Source: Aquificales bacterium (GTDB lineage: Bacteria; Aquificota; Aquificia; Aquificales; QOAS01). From it: a DNA stretch of 45,389 nt. The stretch is taken from assembly GCA_027035985.1 (NCBI GenBank), contig JALVTI010000046.1:1-45389 (forward strand). Direction: 5' to 3'. Shown here in pieces: positions 18,315 to 26,412 of this stretch; positions within the stretch are counted from its first letter, which is position 1, and the number at the start of each line of letters is the position of its first letter. The translations under genes were made by a program, and so were the position numbers. The notes beneath the pieces are model-generated. The model ran no database searches. It was not told the DNA's origin and was given only the letters and a program-made list of their open reading frames with translations.

Positions 18315-19036
18315 GCCGTATGGGCTACCATTGTATCTTCGGGACGGAATCGTTCCGGGTTTACTTTATAATACCTTGTAAGAATTTCCAACACTTCTAT
18401 ATCTCCAAAATAAGGTTTTAAACTTTTTAATAGTTCTACAACTTGGTTTGCAGTAGGCAAAAGAAAACCTACAGGTGCAGAAGGTTTCAACACTTTATGA
18501 ATTTTTTCCACAAAAGGGTAAGGTTCCCTAACATCTACAAATGCGGCATCAAATTCAATTTTTGAAACTTCCAGAGGGCCAAACTCTTCGTTAAACATAA
18601 CTACATTGTATAAAAAGCCAAATTTTTCTAAATTTTTTCGGGCAGTCTTAAAAATTCTTTCTTCCTTTTCAAAGGTATAAACCTTTCCGGTAGCTCCTAC
18701 ACATGAAGAAAAAACCATAGTAGTTGCACCACTACCGGTACCAAACTCTAGAATTTTTTTTCCTTCGGAAAGATTTAACTTCTTAGCAATAAAGAAACTA
18801 TCTTTTGGATAAATAATTTGAGTTTCCCTTTTTATTCCATAGAGTATTATTTCTTCCAGTGTAGGTTTAAATATTTGTAAATCTCCTATAATTATCCCAA
18901 AAGGTTTTCCTATTAAATCTTTGTACCGCAATACCCCACCCTTATAGGAAAAGTTCTTATCCTTTTCAACCTTTTTTAAATACCGTTTGTCTTTAAATCT
19001 AATTAAAATGAAATCTCCTTCTTTTATGGTTTCCAT
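18281..19036 (-). CDS. trmI: tRNA (adenine-N1)-methyltransferase, TrmI/Gcd14 family
   Basis: N-terminal beta domain (GDFILIRFKDKRYLKKV...YKDLIGKPFG), then IIYPKDSFFIAKKLNLSEGKKILEFGTGSGATT (the SAM motif I context), then DAAFVDVREPY. Confidence 0.8.
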   Translation of the reverse strand: METIKEGDFILIRFKDKRYLKKVEKDKNFSYKGGVLRYKDLIGKPFGIIIGDLQIFKPTLEEIILYGIKRETQIIYPKDSFFIAKKLNLSEGKKILEFGTGSGATTMVFSSCVGATGKVYTFEKEERIFKTARKNLEKFGFLYNVVMFNEEFGPLEVSKIEFDAAFVDVREPYPFVEKIHKVLKPSAPVGFLLPTANQVVELLKSLKPYFGDIEVLEILTRYYKVNPERFRPEDTMVAHTAYLLFAKKLSI

Positions 19037-19078
19037 TGGGGGAAAGCATTTTAAAAGATTACAAGAAAAAGAGGGAAC

Positions 19079-19999
19079 TTAAAAACATTCCTTTAATTTT
19101 TCTAAATCCTCAACCTTGTCAAGGCTGCAGACCTTTACACCCTCCACCGTTTGGGATATCAACTTGGATAGTACATTTTTGGGACCTATCTCTACAAAGG
19201 TATCCACCCCATTGGAGGTCATAAATTCAATGCTCTCCACCCAACGGACGGGATTAAAGAGTTGCAGGTATAGGTTCTCCCTTATCTCGTCCGCCTCGGT
19301 GTGGGGTTTGGCGTCGTAGTTTTGCACCACGGGGATTTTAGCGTTTTTAAATTCTACCTTTTGGAGTTCCTCCTTGAATTTTTCCGCTGCCTCCCTCATA
19401 AGGGAGCTGTGGGAGGGAACCGATACCTTAAGGGGTATAGCCTTTATCCTCCTGCTCTTGGCGAGCTTAACAAGTCTTTTAACCGCCTCCGCCTCTCCCG
19501 CGACCACCGTCTGAACGGGGGAGTTGAAGTTTACCGGCTCGACTACACCCTCCACCTCTTCGCAGAGTTTTGCAACCTCCTCGGGAGGGATGCCGATAAC
19601 CGCCGCCATACCCCCTTTACCCTCGGGGACTGCGCTCTGCATATACTCCGCCCTCTTCCTAACCAGCCTAACGGCGTCCTCAAAACCGAGCACCTCGGCG
19701 GCTAAAAGCGCACCGTATTCCCCGAGGGAATGCCCCGCAACAAAGAAGGGGTTTACATTGGGGAATTTCTCCTTAAAAACCCTGTAAATGGCGTAGCTAA
19801 CGGTCAGTATGGCGGGCTGGGTGTTTACCGTTCGGTTTAGCTCCTCCCCGCCCTCGAAGATTATTTCGGTGAGGTCAAAGCCCAGCGCCTCGTTAGCCCT
19901 TTCGAAGACCTCCCTGGCGGAGGGGAAGCTTTCGTAAAAGTCTCTACCCATACCGGCGTACTGGGAACCCTGTCCGGGAAAGACCAAAGCGATACCCAT
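19079..19999 (-). CDS. fabD: Malonyl CoA-ACP transacylase
   Basis: ALVFPGQGSQYAGMG...TVNTQPAIL...VAGHSLGEYGALLAA (GHSLGE active site)...VSVPSHSSLM. Confidence 0.95.
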   Translation of the reverse strand: MGIALVFPGQGSQYAGMGRDFYESFPSAREVFERANEALGFDLTEIIFEGGEELNRTVNTQPAILTVSYAIYRVFKEKFPNVNPFFVAGHSLGEYGALLAAEVLGFEDAVRLVRKRAEYMQSAVPEGKGGMAAVIGIPPEEVAKLCEEVEGVVEPVNFNSPVQTVVAGEAEAVKRLVKLAKSRRIKAIPLKVSVPSHSSLMREAAEKFKEELQKVEFKNAKIPVVQNYDAKPHTEADEIRENLYLQLFNPVRWVESIEFMTSNGVDTFVEIGPKNVLSKLISQTVEGVKVCSLDKVEDLEKLKECF

Positions 20000-20009
20000 A
20001 GAGGGTTAA

Positions 20010-20963
20010 TTAAATAACCTTTCTCAACTTTAACCAAAAGAGTAGCCCGCCGGTAACCATAACCATTAGGAGGAGCGATATCCAAAATCCGTAGGGGTTG
20101 TGGAGAAAAGGAATAAAGTCGAAGTTCATCCCGTAAATGCTCGCTATGAGGGTGGGGGGTAAAAAGAGGGTGGCTATAAAGGCGAACACCTGCGAGGTCT
20201 CATTCTGCTTTATCGTTATCAATCCCAGAAGCGATTCCTGAACGCTGTCTATCTTTTCCATATATATGGTGGTGTAGTCGGATAGGGCGTTCAAGTCCTC
20301 GATAATGAGCTTAAGCTCCCTCTTTGTGATGTTGTTTATCTTGGTGCTCCTCACCAGTTTCTGTAAAATCCGCAGTTTCTCGTTTATGGACTCTCTCAAG
20401 GTTAGGTTTAACTCGTCGTAGTAGGCGAGGTCTTTGATAATTTCGGGCGACTGCTCGGCGAAAATCTGTTTGCGGATACTCCTAATCCTCTTTCCGATAA
20501 TCTCCAAGCGGTTCCCTATTCTCTCCACCTCGAGGTTTAGAAGCTCCGCCATCAGCTGGTCGGGATAGGCAAAATCCAACTTGTGGCGGTCGATAAGCCT
20601 CTTAAACATCGAAAAGGTGACGATTTTTTTATACCTTAGGGTGATGAGGAGGTTGTTTTTTAAAAAGAACAACACCGGTTCGGCATATACCTCGTCCCTG
20701 TGTTGGACTAAAAAGGAAAATATCGCGTAGAGGTGGTCTTTTCCCTCCTCAAACCTCGAAGAGATTTCTATATCTTCAAAGACCTCCTTGGGGGGTTCCC
20801 TAAAGCCAAACTCCCTTTGTAGGAACTCCAGCTCCTCCTCCGACGGCTCCCTCACGTCTATCCAAAGCACCTTGGCGGTCGGCAAAACCTCGAGTATCTC
20901 CTCCCGCCTGTTAAACCTTCTTATTCCCCCTCCCGGAGGTATGAGGTAGGCTTTTAACACCAA
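20010..20963 (-). CDS. corA: Magnesium/cobalt transporter CorA
   Basis: 317 aa with a C-terminal YGMNF motif followed by two TM helices, and a cytoplasmic N-domain. The start is TTG 20963 or GTG 20960, with no clear SD. Confidence 0.9.
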   Translation of the reverse strand: MVLKAYLIPPGGGIRRFNRREEILEVLPTAKVLWIDVREPSEEELEFLQREFGFREPPKEVFEDIEISSRFEEGKDHLYAIFSFLVQHRDEVYAEPVLFFLKNNLLITLRYKKIVTFSMFKRLIDRHKLDFAYPDQLMAELLNLEVERIGNRLEIIGKRIRSIRKQIFAEQSPEIIKDLAYYDELNLTLRESINEKLRILQKLVRSTKINNITKRELKLIIEDLNALSDYTTIYMEKIDSVQESLLGLITIKQNETSQVFAFIATLFLPPTLIASIYGMNFDFIPFLHNPYGFWISLLLMVMVTGGLLFWLKLRKVI

Positions 20964-20984
20964 ATGGGTAAGTATACATCAAAG

Positions 20985-21010
20985 AAAAAAGCCCGCCGCT
21001 TCGCGGCGGG
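20985..21010 (-). terminator. Intrinsic terminator directly after the valS fragment
   Basis: On the minus strand the sequence is CCCGCCGC-GAA-GCGGCGGG (an 8-bp all-GC stem, 20992-21010), followed by C-TTTTTT-C-TTT. It starts 18 nt after the valS TAA stop. Confidence 0.8.
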
Positions 21011-21028
21011 GATAGGTTTTTTAAAAGG

Positions 21029-23095
21029 TTAATCCACCCTTTCTATATCCTCTTTGGTTATCTCCGGCCAGCCGAAGGCGCCAAAAGGCCAGAGCGCCGA
21101 GCTAAACCAGGTGTCGAGAACGTCCGCATCCCATTTTAGGTGATAACTTCCGCACTTTTCACACCTTAGGGGGATTAGGTATTTGACCTCCTCCACCAAA
21201 TCGGGGAGTATTTCGAATTTTCCGTTTTCCTCTTTGAGGAGTATGCGGTTATTTTTGCAACCTACCCCGGTGGAGTGGGCTTTTAACCATTCCTCCACGC
21301 TTTGGGGACTTTCGAAAACTTCCGTCCTCTTAATCCCGTTTAAAGCAAGAATGTAGACATACCCGAGGAGATCTTCGTGCTCTTTGTAGGCTTTATACAC
21401 CTCTTCGGGAGTGAATTTCTCGCCTATCCGACCGTTGTAGCGGAGCATATAAATCGCATGCGGGGGAAAGCCTATTATCGTTCCCTCTTCAGGTTGTTTC
21501 AGCAGGGGAACCCTCGGATAGGTCTTGTCTATAAGTTCCTTTAGGAGGTCTCTATTTTTAACGAAGGGTAGCTCCTGGAGGAAGACAAATTTTTCGTAAA
21601 ACTCGGCGTTGGTCATTTCGGGGTGAACGAAGTTGGGTTTTTGGAGGTAATCCCAAACCTCGTCGGGAGAAAAGAGTTGCTCCATCTTTTGGTTTGCGTA
21701 GATGTTGAAGACCAACTTTTGGAGGTAGTCTTCGAAACTCCTCTCGGAGAAGACGTTAATGTGACCGCACTTTTGGCAATACCAGACGGGTATGCGGTGT
21801 CCCCACCAGATTTGGCGGGATATGCACCAGTCGCGGAGGTTGTAGAGCCAATGGAGGTAATGCTTTTTCCAAAACTCGGGTATGAACCTAATGGTGTCGT
21901 TTTCGACCACCTCGGTGGCGGGTTTCCTCAGGCGCTCGTCGGAGGTTTTGACGAACCACTGCTCGGAGACCATCGGCTCTATAACGGTTTTACACCTGTA
22001 GCAGTGTCCCACCGCGTGGACTATATCCTCCTCCTTTTCCAAAAGACCGAGTTCTTTGAGCCTTAAAACGATTTGCTCCCTTGCCACATACCGGTCTAGA
22101 CCTCTAAATTCGCCGGCGTTTTTGTTCATGTGGGCGGTCTCGTCCATAACCTTAACGACGGGTAGGTTATGGGTTCTTCCTATTTCGAAGTCGTTGGGGT
22201 CGTGGGCGGGGGTAATCTTGACCGCACCGGTTCCGAAGTCCATTTTTACCCTTTCGTCGGCGATTACGGGTATTAAGTTTCCAACGGGGTTTCCGTTTAT
22301 ATCACTTCTCTCCCACTCCACGAGGGGGAGTTTCAATTTTTTCCCTATAAGGTGTTTGTATCTCGGGTCGTCGGGGTGGACGGCTACCGCCGTGTCTCCG
22401 AGCATCGTTTCGGGACGGGTGGTCGCGACGGTGATATACTCGCCGGTTTCGTTGCCGCTCTCGTCGACTACCGGATATTTGATATACCAGAGTTTGCCCG
22501 GCTCCTCTTCGTATTCGACTTCCAAATCGGATAATGCAGTTCTGTCTTTAGGACACCAGTTTACTATGTAGCTGTCCCTGTATATCAGTCCGTCCTCGTA
22601 AAGGCGGTGGAAGTTCTCCCTAACGGCGCGGCTAAAGCCCTCGTCCATGGTGAAGCGCTCGCGTTCCCAGTCGACGCTTCCACCCAAAAACTGAAGTTGG
22701 GTTCTTATGGCGTTTCTCGAGACGGGCACCCACTCCCAGATACGCTTTATCATTTCCTCCCGCCCCAGGTCGAAGCGGGTTTTTCCCTCCTTTTTGAGTT
22801 GCTTTTCGACGACGTATTGGGTCGCAATTCCCGCGTGGTCGAAGCCGGGCACCCATACGACCTCTTTGCCCTCCATCCTCATAAAGCGGGCGACTATATC
22901 CTGTATGGTGATATTCCAGGCGTGCCCCATGTGGAGCGAGCCCGTCACGTTGGGGGGCGGGAGAACCATAGAAAACTTTTTCTCCCTTTTGGGTTTCTCT
23001 ATATGGTAAAGCTTCTCTTGGAGCCAATATTCGCGCCACTTCTTTTCTACCTCGTCAGGGTTGTAATGTTTGGGGAGTTCCCTCTTTTCGGACAT
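21029..23095 (-). CDS. valS: Valyl-tRNA synthetase, N-terminal roughly 70% only (HIGH half of the Rossmann fold, CP1 editing domain and Zn knuckles). The C-terminal KMSKS and anticodon-binding module is absent.
   Basis: PPPNVTGSLHMGHAWN (HIGH), TTRPETMLGDTAVAVHPDD (editing domain), WCISRQIWWGHRIPVWYC and DVLDTWFSSALWPFGAFGWPE are present. The ORF then ends in ...KEDIERVD* where full-length ValRS continues with FYPT..LVTG.DI.FFW and KMSKS. Confidence 0.85.
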   Translation of the reverse strand: MSEKRELPKHYNPDEVEKKWREYWLQEKLYHIEKPKREKKFSMVLPPPNVTGSLHMGHAWNITIQDIVARFMRMEGKEVVWVPGFDHAGIATQYVVEKQLKKEGKTRFDLGREEMIKRIWEWVPVSRNAIRTQLQFLGGSVDWERERFTMDEGFSRAVRENFHRLYEDGLIYRDSYIVNWCPKDRTALSDLEVEYEEEPGKLWYIKYPVVDESGNETGEYITVATTRPETMLGDTAVAVHPDDPRYKHLIGKKLKLPLVEWERSDINGNPVGNLIPVIADERVKMDFGTGAVKITPAHDPNDFEIGRTHNLPVVKVMDETAHMNKNAGEFRGLDRYVAREQIVLRLKELGLLEKEEDIVHAVGHCYRCKTVIEPMVSEQWFVKTSDERLRKPATEVVENDTIRFIPEFWKKHYLHWLYNLRDWCISRQIWWGHRIPVWYCQKCGHINVFSERSFEDYLQKLVFNIYANQKMEQLFSPDEVWDYLQKPNFVHPEMTNAEFYEKFVFLQELPFVKNRDLLKELIDKTYPRVPLLKQPEEGTIIGFPPHAIYMLRYNGRIGEKFTPEEVYKAYKEHEDLLGYVYILALNGIKRTEVFESPQSVEEWLKAHSTGVGCKNNRILLKEENGKFEILPDLVEEVKYLIPLRCEKCGSYHLKWDADVLDTWFSSALWPFGAFGWPEITKEDIERVD

Positions 23096-23195
23096 AGAAG
23101 GGAAATTCTAAACCTCCAAAAGTATATCTTCGCTACCTACACCTTTAAATTTTCATACTTCTTTACTTTTTAAGTTTTATGAGGTTTTAAAAACA

Positions 23196-23233
23196 AAAGG
23201 GCTGAACCCCCTTTCACTCTCTGAAAAGTGAAA
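23196..23233 (-). promoter_or_regulatory. Two overlapping hairpins upstream of valS (a second terminator or an attenuator)
   Basis: On the minus strand, TTTCACT-N8-AGTGAAA (23233-23212) overlaps by 3 nt with AAAGGG-GGTTCAG-CCCTTT (23214-23196), which is followed by TGTTTTTAAAA. Confidence 0.35.
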
Positions 23234-23257
23234 AAATCTTCACAACCTTCTTAGGAA

Positions 23258-23284
23258 TAAAAAAACTCCCACTCCCGTGGGAGT
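23258..23284 (-). terminator. Intrinsic terminator after the PIN-domain gene
   Basis: On the minus strand, ACTCCCAC-GGGA-GTGGGAGT (an 8-bp stem) is followed by TTTTTTATT. It lies 83 nt downstream of the PIN gene stop. Confidence 0.7.
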
Positions 23285-23366
23285 ACTTTGAAAAAGTTTT
23301 GTCTTAGCCCTATTGGAGAGGAAGGTTAAGGACGAAATCCAAGTGGAGGAGTTTGTGAAAGAAATT

Positions 23367-23855
23367 TTAAGAAGAAGGGTTTAGCAATTTTATAAAATTT
23401 ACCCTTACAAAGTCGGAATCCGCCGATAGTAGATAGACCAGATTTCTCGACTGCATAGCCCTAACCACCAATGCATCGTTTCCAAAAAGCCCAAACTCCT
23501 CCATAAGTTTGGGAATTTCCAAAACCCATTCAACCTTAACGGGTAGAATTTCAATCCGATAATATTCCAGAAAAGGGAGGATTTTTTCCTCCAAAATTTT
23601 CCCGAGTTCCTTAACAATTTCAGGGTTCCTTCTCAATTTTTGAACCGCTTTATTCCCAAATCCGTATTTAGTTTTTGCAATAATTACCATTTCCTTAAAG
23701 AGGAGCTCATCCACACATCTCGAGGTGGTTATAAGGGAACATCTCCCTTCGGCGGCAAAATGAAATATTTCCTTCGTCAGGTCGTTAGTTTTTCCGTGTA
23801 AAAAGAGAAGAAAGGCTGAAGTATCAACAAAAATCTTTTTCCCCTCAATCTTCAT
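23367..23855 (-). CDS. PIN-domain ribonuclease (VapC-like toxin candidate)
   Basis: 162 aa. The acidic residues are in PIN order: IFVDTSAF (D11), CVDELLFKE, GNDALVV and LLSADSDFVRV. It overlaps the upstream small gene by 11 nt. Confidence 0.7.
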   Translation of the reverse strand: MKIEGKKIFVDTSAFLLFLHGKTNDLTKEIFHFAAEGRCSLITTSRCVDELLFKEMVIIAKTKYGFGNKAVQKLRRNPEIVKELGKILEEKILPFLEYYRIEILPVKVEWVLEIPKLMEEFGLFGNDALVVRAMQSRNLVYLLSADSDFVRVNFIKLLNPSS

Positions 23856-24159
23856 AGGAAAGCCCCTTATCGTCTATGACCTCCCAAAGGATATCGTCGG
23901 GAACTTCACCCAAAACTCCAAAAAAGGGTAGGTTTTCTTTTTCCCTTTGGCAATAGATTTCAAAAGCCAACCGCTGGATTTCCTTGTAGGTGGCATTTGG
24001 CTTTCGAGTAAGCGCCTCTTTTATAGCCCACCGCAAATGTTGGGGAGGTTTTACCTTCCGTTTAGCCGTCCGCTTTCTCTTTAAAAGACCGAGCTCTTCC
24101 TTCACAGCGGCGATGTAGCAGGTCTTAAAGGTCTGCGGAGAGGTTATAGCCTTTCGCAT
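23845..24159 (-). CDS. Hypothetical 104-aa protein, the cognate partner (antitoxin position) of the PIN gene
   Basis: It lies upstream of and overlaps the PIN gene. It has a basic centre (KRKRTAKRKVKPP) and an acidic C-terminus (VPDDILWEVIDDKGLSYED). I see no RHH, AbrB, Phd or HTH signature. ATG 24159 is preferred over the track's TTG 24165. Confidence 0.45.
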   Translation of the reverse strand: MRKAITSPQTFKTCYIAAVKEELGLLKRKRTAKRKVKPPQHLRWAIKEALTRKPNATYKEIQRLAFEIYCQREKENLPFFGVLGEVPDDILWEVIDDKGLSYED

Positions 24160-24175
24160 CTTCAAGAGATTAATT

Positions 24176-24213
24176 ATAGTCTTTATTATCAGACTGTCAA
24201 GCTTTTAGACTAT
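24176..24213. promoter_or_regulatory. Inverted repeat (operator candidate) upstream of the PIN-partner operon
   Basis: ATAGTCT (24176-24182) and AGACTAT (24207-24213) form a perfect 7-bp inverted repeat. A third half-site, AGACT, lies at 24191-24195. The element is 17-54 nt upstream of the partner gene's ATG. Confidence 0.35.
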
Positions 24214-24277
24214 CTTTTCAATTTTCCTTTCCTCCCTCATTCCCTTAAAGGTTAAACATCGCCTAAATTATTCCCCC

Positions 24278-25366
24278 GTGAGGGTTCTCCAAAACAACTT
24301 TATCGAGAGGAGGAAGACGAGAGAAATAGACCTCGGTGGGGTAAAGATAGGGGGAAACAATCCAATAGTGGTTCAGTCGATGACCTCCACCAAAACAAGG
24401 AACGTGGAAAAAACCCTGGAGCAGATAAACCGCCTCTGCGAAGCCGGTTGCGAAATAGTGAGGGTGGCGGTGCCCACCGAGGAGGATATCGAAGCCCTCG
24501 GAGAGATAGTCAAAAGGTCGCCCATACCGGTAATCGCCGATATCCACTTTAAGGCGGAATACGCCCTAAAGGCTATGGAAAAGGGCGCCCACGGGATAAG
24601 GATTAATCCGGGAAATATCGGCTCGGAAGAAAAGGTTAGAGAGATAGTTGAGGAAGCCTGCCGAAGGCGGGTGGTTATCCGAATAGGGGTAAACAGCGGC
24701 TCGCTTGAGAAAGACCTCCTTGAGAAATACGGCTCGCCCACCGCCTGGGCGCTGGCGGAGAGCGCCCTCCGTTGGAGCGAGAAGTTCGAAAGGTGGGGTT
24801 TTTCCAACTTCAAGGTCTCCATTAAGGGGAGTGATGTCCCCACCTGCGTTGAAGCCAACAGACTCTTTGCGGAGAGAACCGATATCCCCCTCCATATAGG
24901 CATAACGGAGGCGGGGTTCGGGGAGAGCGGGGTTATAAAGTCCTCGGTGGGGATAGGCATCTTGCTCTATATGGGTATAGGGGATACCCTAAGGGTCTCG
25001 CTAACCGGCGACCCGGTGGAGGAGATAGAGGTCGCCTACCAAATATTGGGTTCACTCGGACTTCGCAAAAGGGGGGTCGAAATAATATCCTGCCCCACCT
25101 GTGGGAGGATAGAGGTAGATTTACCCAAAGTGGTTTCGGAAGTGAAAGAGCGCCTCAAGGGGATAAAGAAACCTCTAAAGGTCGCCATTATGGGGTGCGT
25201 GGTGAACGGTCCCGGCGAGGCGAGGGAAGCCGACATAGGTCTCGCCTGCGGCAAGGGTCGGGCTTTACTCTTTAAGAGGGGCGAGGTTGTCAAAACCCTC
25301 AAAGAGGAGGAAATGGTTTCCGAACTTTTGAAGGAGATAGAGAACATGGTTTCCGAAAAAGGGTAA
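24278..25366 (+). CDS. ispG: 4-hydroxy-3-methylbut-2-en-1-yl diphosphate synthase (MEP pathway)
   Basis: ERRKTREIDLGGVKIGGNNPIVVQSMTST...RVAVP...IPVIADIHF...RINPGNIG...ISCPTCGR...GCVVNGPGEA. GTG start. Confidence 0.95.
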   Translation: MRVLQNNFIERRKTREIDLGGVKIGGNNPIVVQSMTSTKTRNVEKTLEQINRLCEAGCEIVRVAVPTEEDIEALGEIVKRSPIPVIADIHFKAEYALKAMEKGAHGIRINPGNIGSEEKVREIVEEACRRRVVIRIGVNSGSLEKDLLEKYGSPTAWALAESALRWSEKFERWGFSNFKVSIKGSDVPTCVEANRLFAERTDIPLHIGITEAGFGESGVIKSSVGIGILLYMGIGDTLRVSLTGDPVEEIEVAYQILGSLGLRKRGVEIISCPTCGRIEVDLPKVVSEVKERLKGIKKPLKVAIMGCVVNGPGEAREADIGLACGKGRALLFKRGEVVKTLKEEEMVSELLKEIENMVSEKG

Positions 25367-25455
25367 ACGGTTGACTTATACCTATTGAAGGATAATTCCG
25401 TTTACCATCCCTTTAAAAGAGAAAAGGAAAAAACCGCCGAAGGGAAAAGAGTTCT

Positions 25456-26337
25456 TTAGACCTTTCGGAGAGAAAAAATTTTGTCCTTTAGCGCCTCTAT
25501 GATTTGCTTTGTAGCCTCCGCCCTGTTTAGGGTGTAGAAGTGAAATCCGTCCACCCCGTGGTCGAGGAGTTCCTCGCACTGCCGTATGGCGTAATCAACG
25601 CCTATTTTGAAAACCTCTTCGGGGTTGTCTTGAACTTCAGAGAGCCTCCTTGCGAGGTCTAAAGGAATCGTCGCCCCGCAGAGGTTGGCGAATTTTTTAA
25701 TCTGCTTGAAGTTGGTTATGGGCATTACCCCCACAATTACGGGAATATCGATTCCCTTCTTCTGCAAGAGTTCCTTAAATCGGAAAAAGTCCTCGTTGCG
25801 GAAAAACATTTGGGTTATGGCGAACTCTCCACCGGCTTCCACCTTCTCCTTGAGGTGTTCGATATCCTCTTCAAGACTCTTAGCCTCCTGATGCCCTTCG
25901 GGATAGCAGGCGACCCCTATACAGAATTGGTCGCCGTAATGGCGTTTTATGAGCCTTATGAGGTCGACCGCGTATTTGCAAAAACCCTCTTTGGGGTTGT
26001 CTTTGGGTCTATCCCCCCTTAGGGCGAGGATATTTTCTATTCCTATTTCCCTGTAACGGTCTAAAATTTCCAAAACCTCGTCCTCGTCGTGGGCGACGCA
26101 GGTTAGGTGAGGCATCACCGTGAGGTTGTATTTCTCCTTTATCTCCTTAACGGTGGCAAAAGTCCTCTCCCTGGTGCTACCGCCGGCTCCGTAGGTTACC
26201 GATACGAAATTGGGATTGTATTTTAGAAGCCTCTCCAAGGTATTGAAAAGTTGCTCCTTTCCCCTCTCGTCTTTGGGTGGAAAAAATTCATAGGAGAGGC
26301 TAAACCTACCCTCTTTTAGGTATTCGCAAATTTTCAT
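25456..26337 (-). CDS. metF: 5,10-methylenetetrahydrofolate reductase
   Basis: SYEFFPPK...[16 protein letters not shown]...MPHLTC...LALRGD...YPEGH...FAITQMFF. Confidence 0.9.
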   Translation of the reverse strand: MKICEYLKEGRFSLSYEFFPPKDERGKEQLFNTLERLLKYNPNFVSVTYGAGGSTRERTFATVKEIKEKYNLTVMPHLTCVAHDEDEVLEILDRYREIGIENILALRGDRPKDNPKEGFCKYAVDLIRLIKRHYGDQFCIGVACYPEGHQEAKSLEEDIEHLKEKVEAGGEFAITQMFFRNEDFFRFKELLQKKGIDIPVIVGVMPITNFKQIKKFANLCGATIPLDLARRLSEVQDNPEEVFKIGVDYAIRQCEELLDHGVDGFHFYTLNRAEATKQIIEALKDKIFSLRKV

Positions 26338-26412
26338 AGAGAAATGATTATCGTTCGGACTCCACTATCGGTTAAGGGATAGGGGGAAAAAAGAGAAAAT
26401 CCTTAAAAAGGG

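Noticed and set aside
21167-21748. Intein or mobile element as the explanation for the ValRS insertion.
   Set aside because: There is no Cys/Ser/Thr at the N-terminal junction, no terminal His-Asn followed by Cys/Ser/Thr, and no LAGLIDADG or HNH-like block. Composition is identical to the host gene. It is treated as an insertion domain instead.
23293-23364. Plus-strand reading frame ending ...LERKVKDEIQVEEFVKEILRRRV* just before and overlapping the end of the PIN gene. It looked like a C-terminal gene remnant, possibly of valS.
   Set aside because: Only about 24 codons are open after an in-frame TGA, and there is no start codon or SD. The resemblance to a coiled-coil tail is too weak to call a pseudogene fragment.
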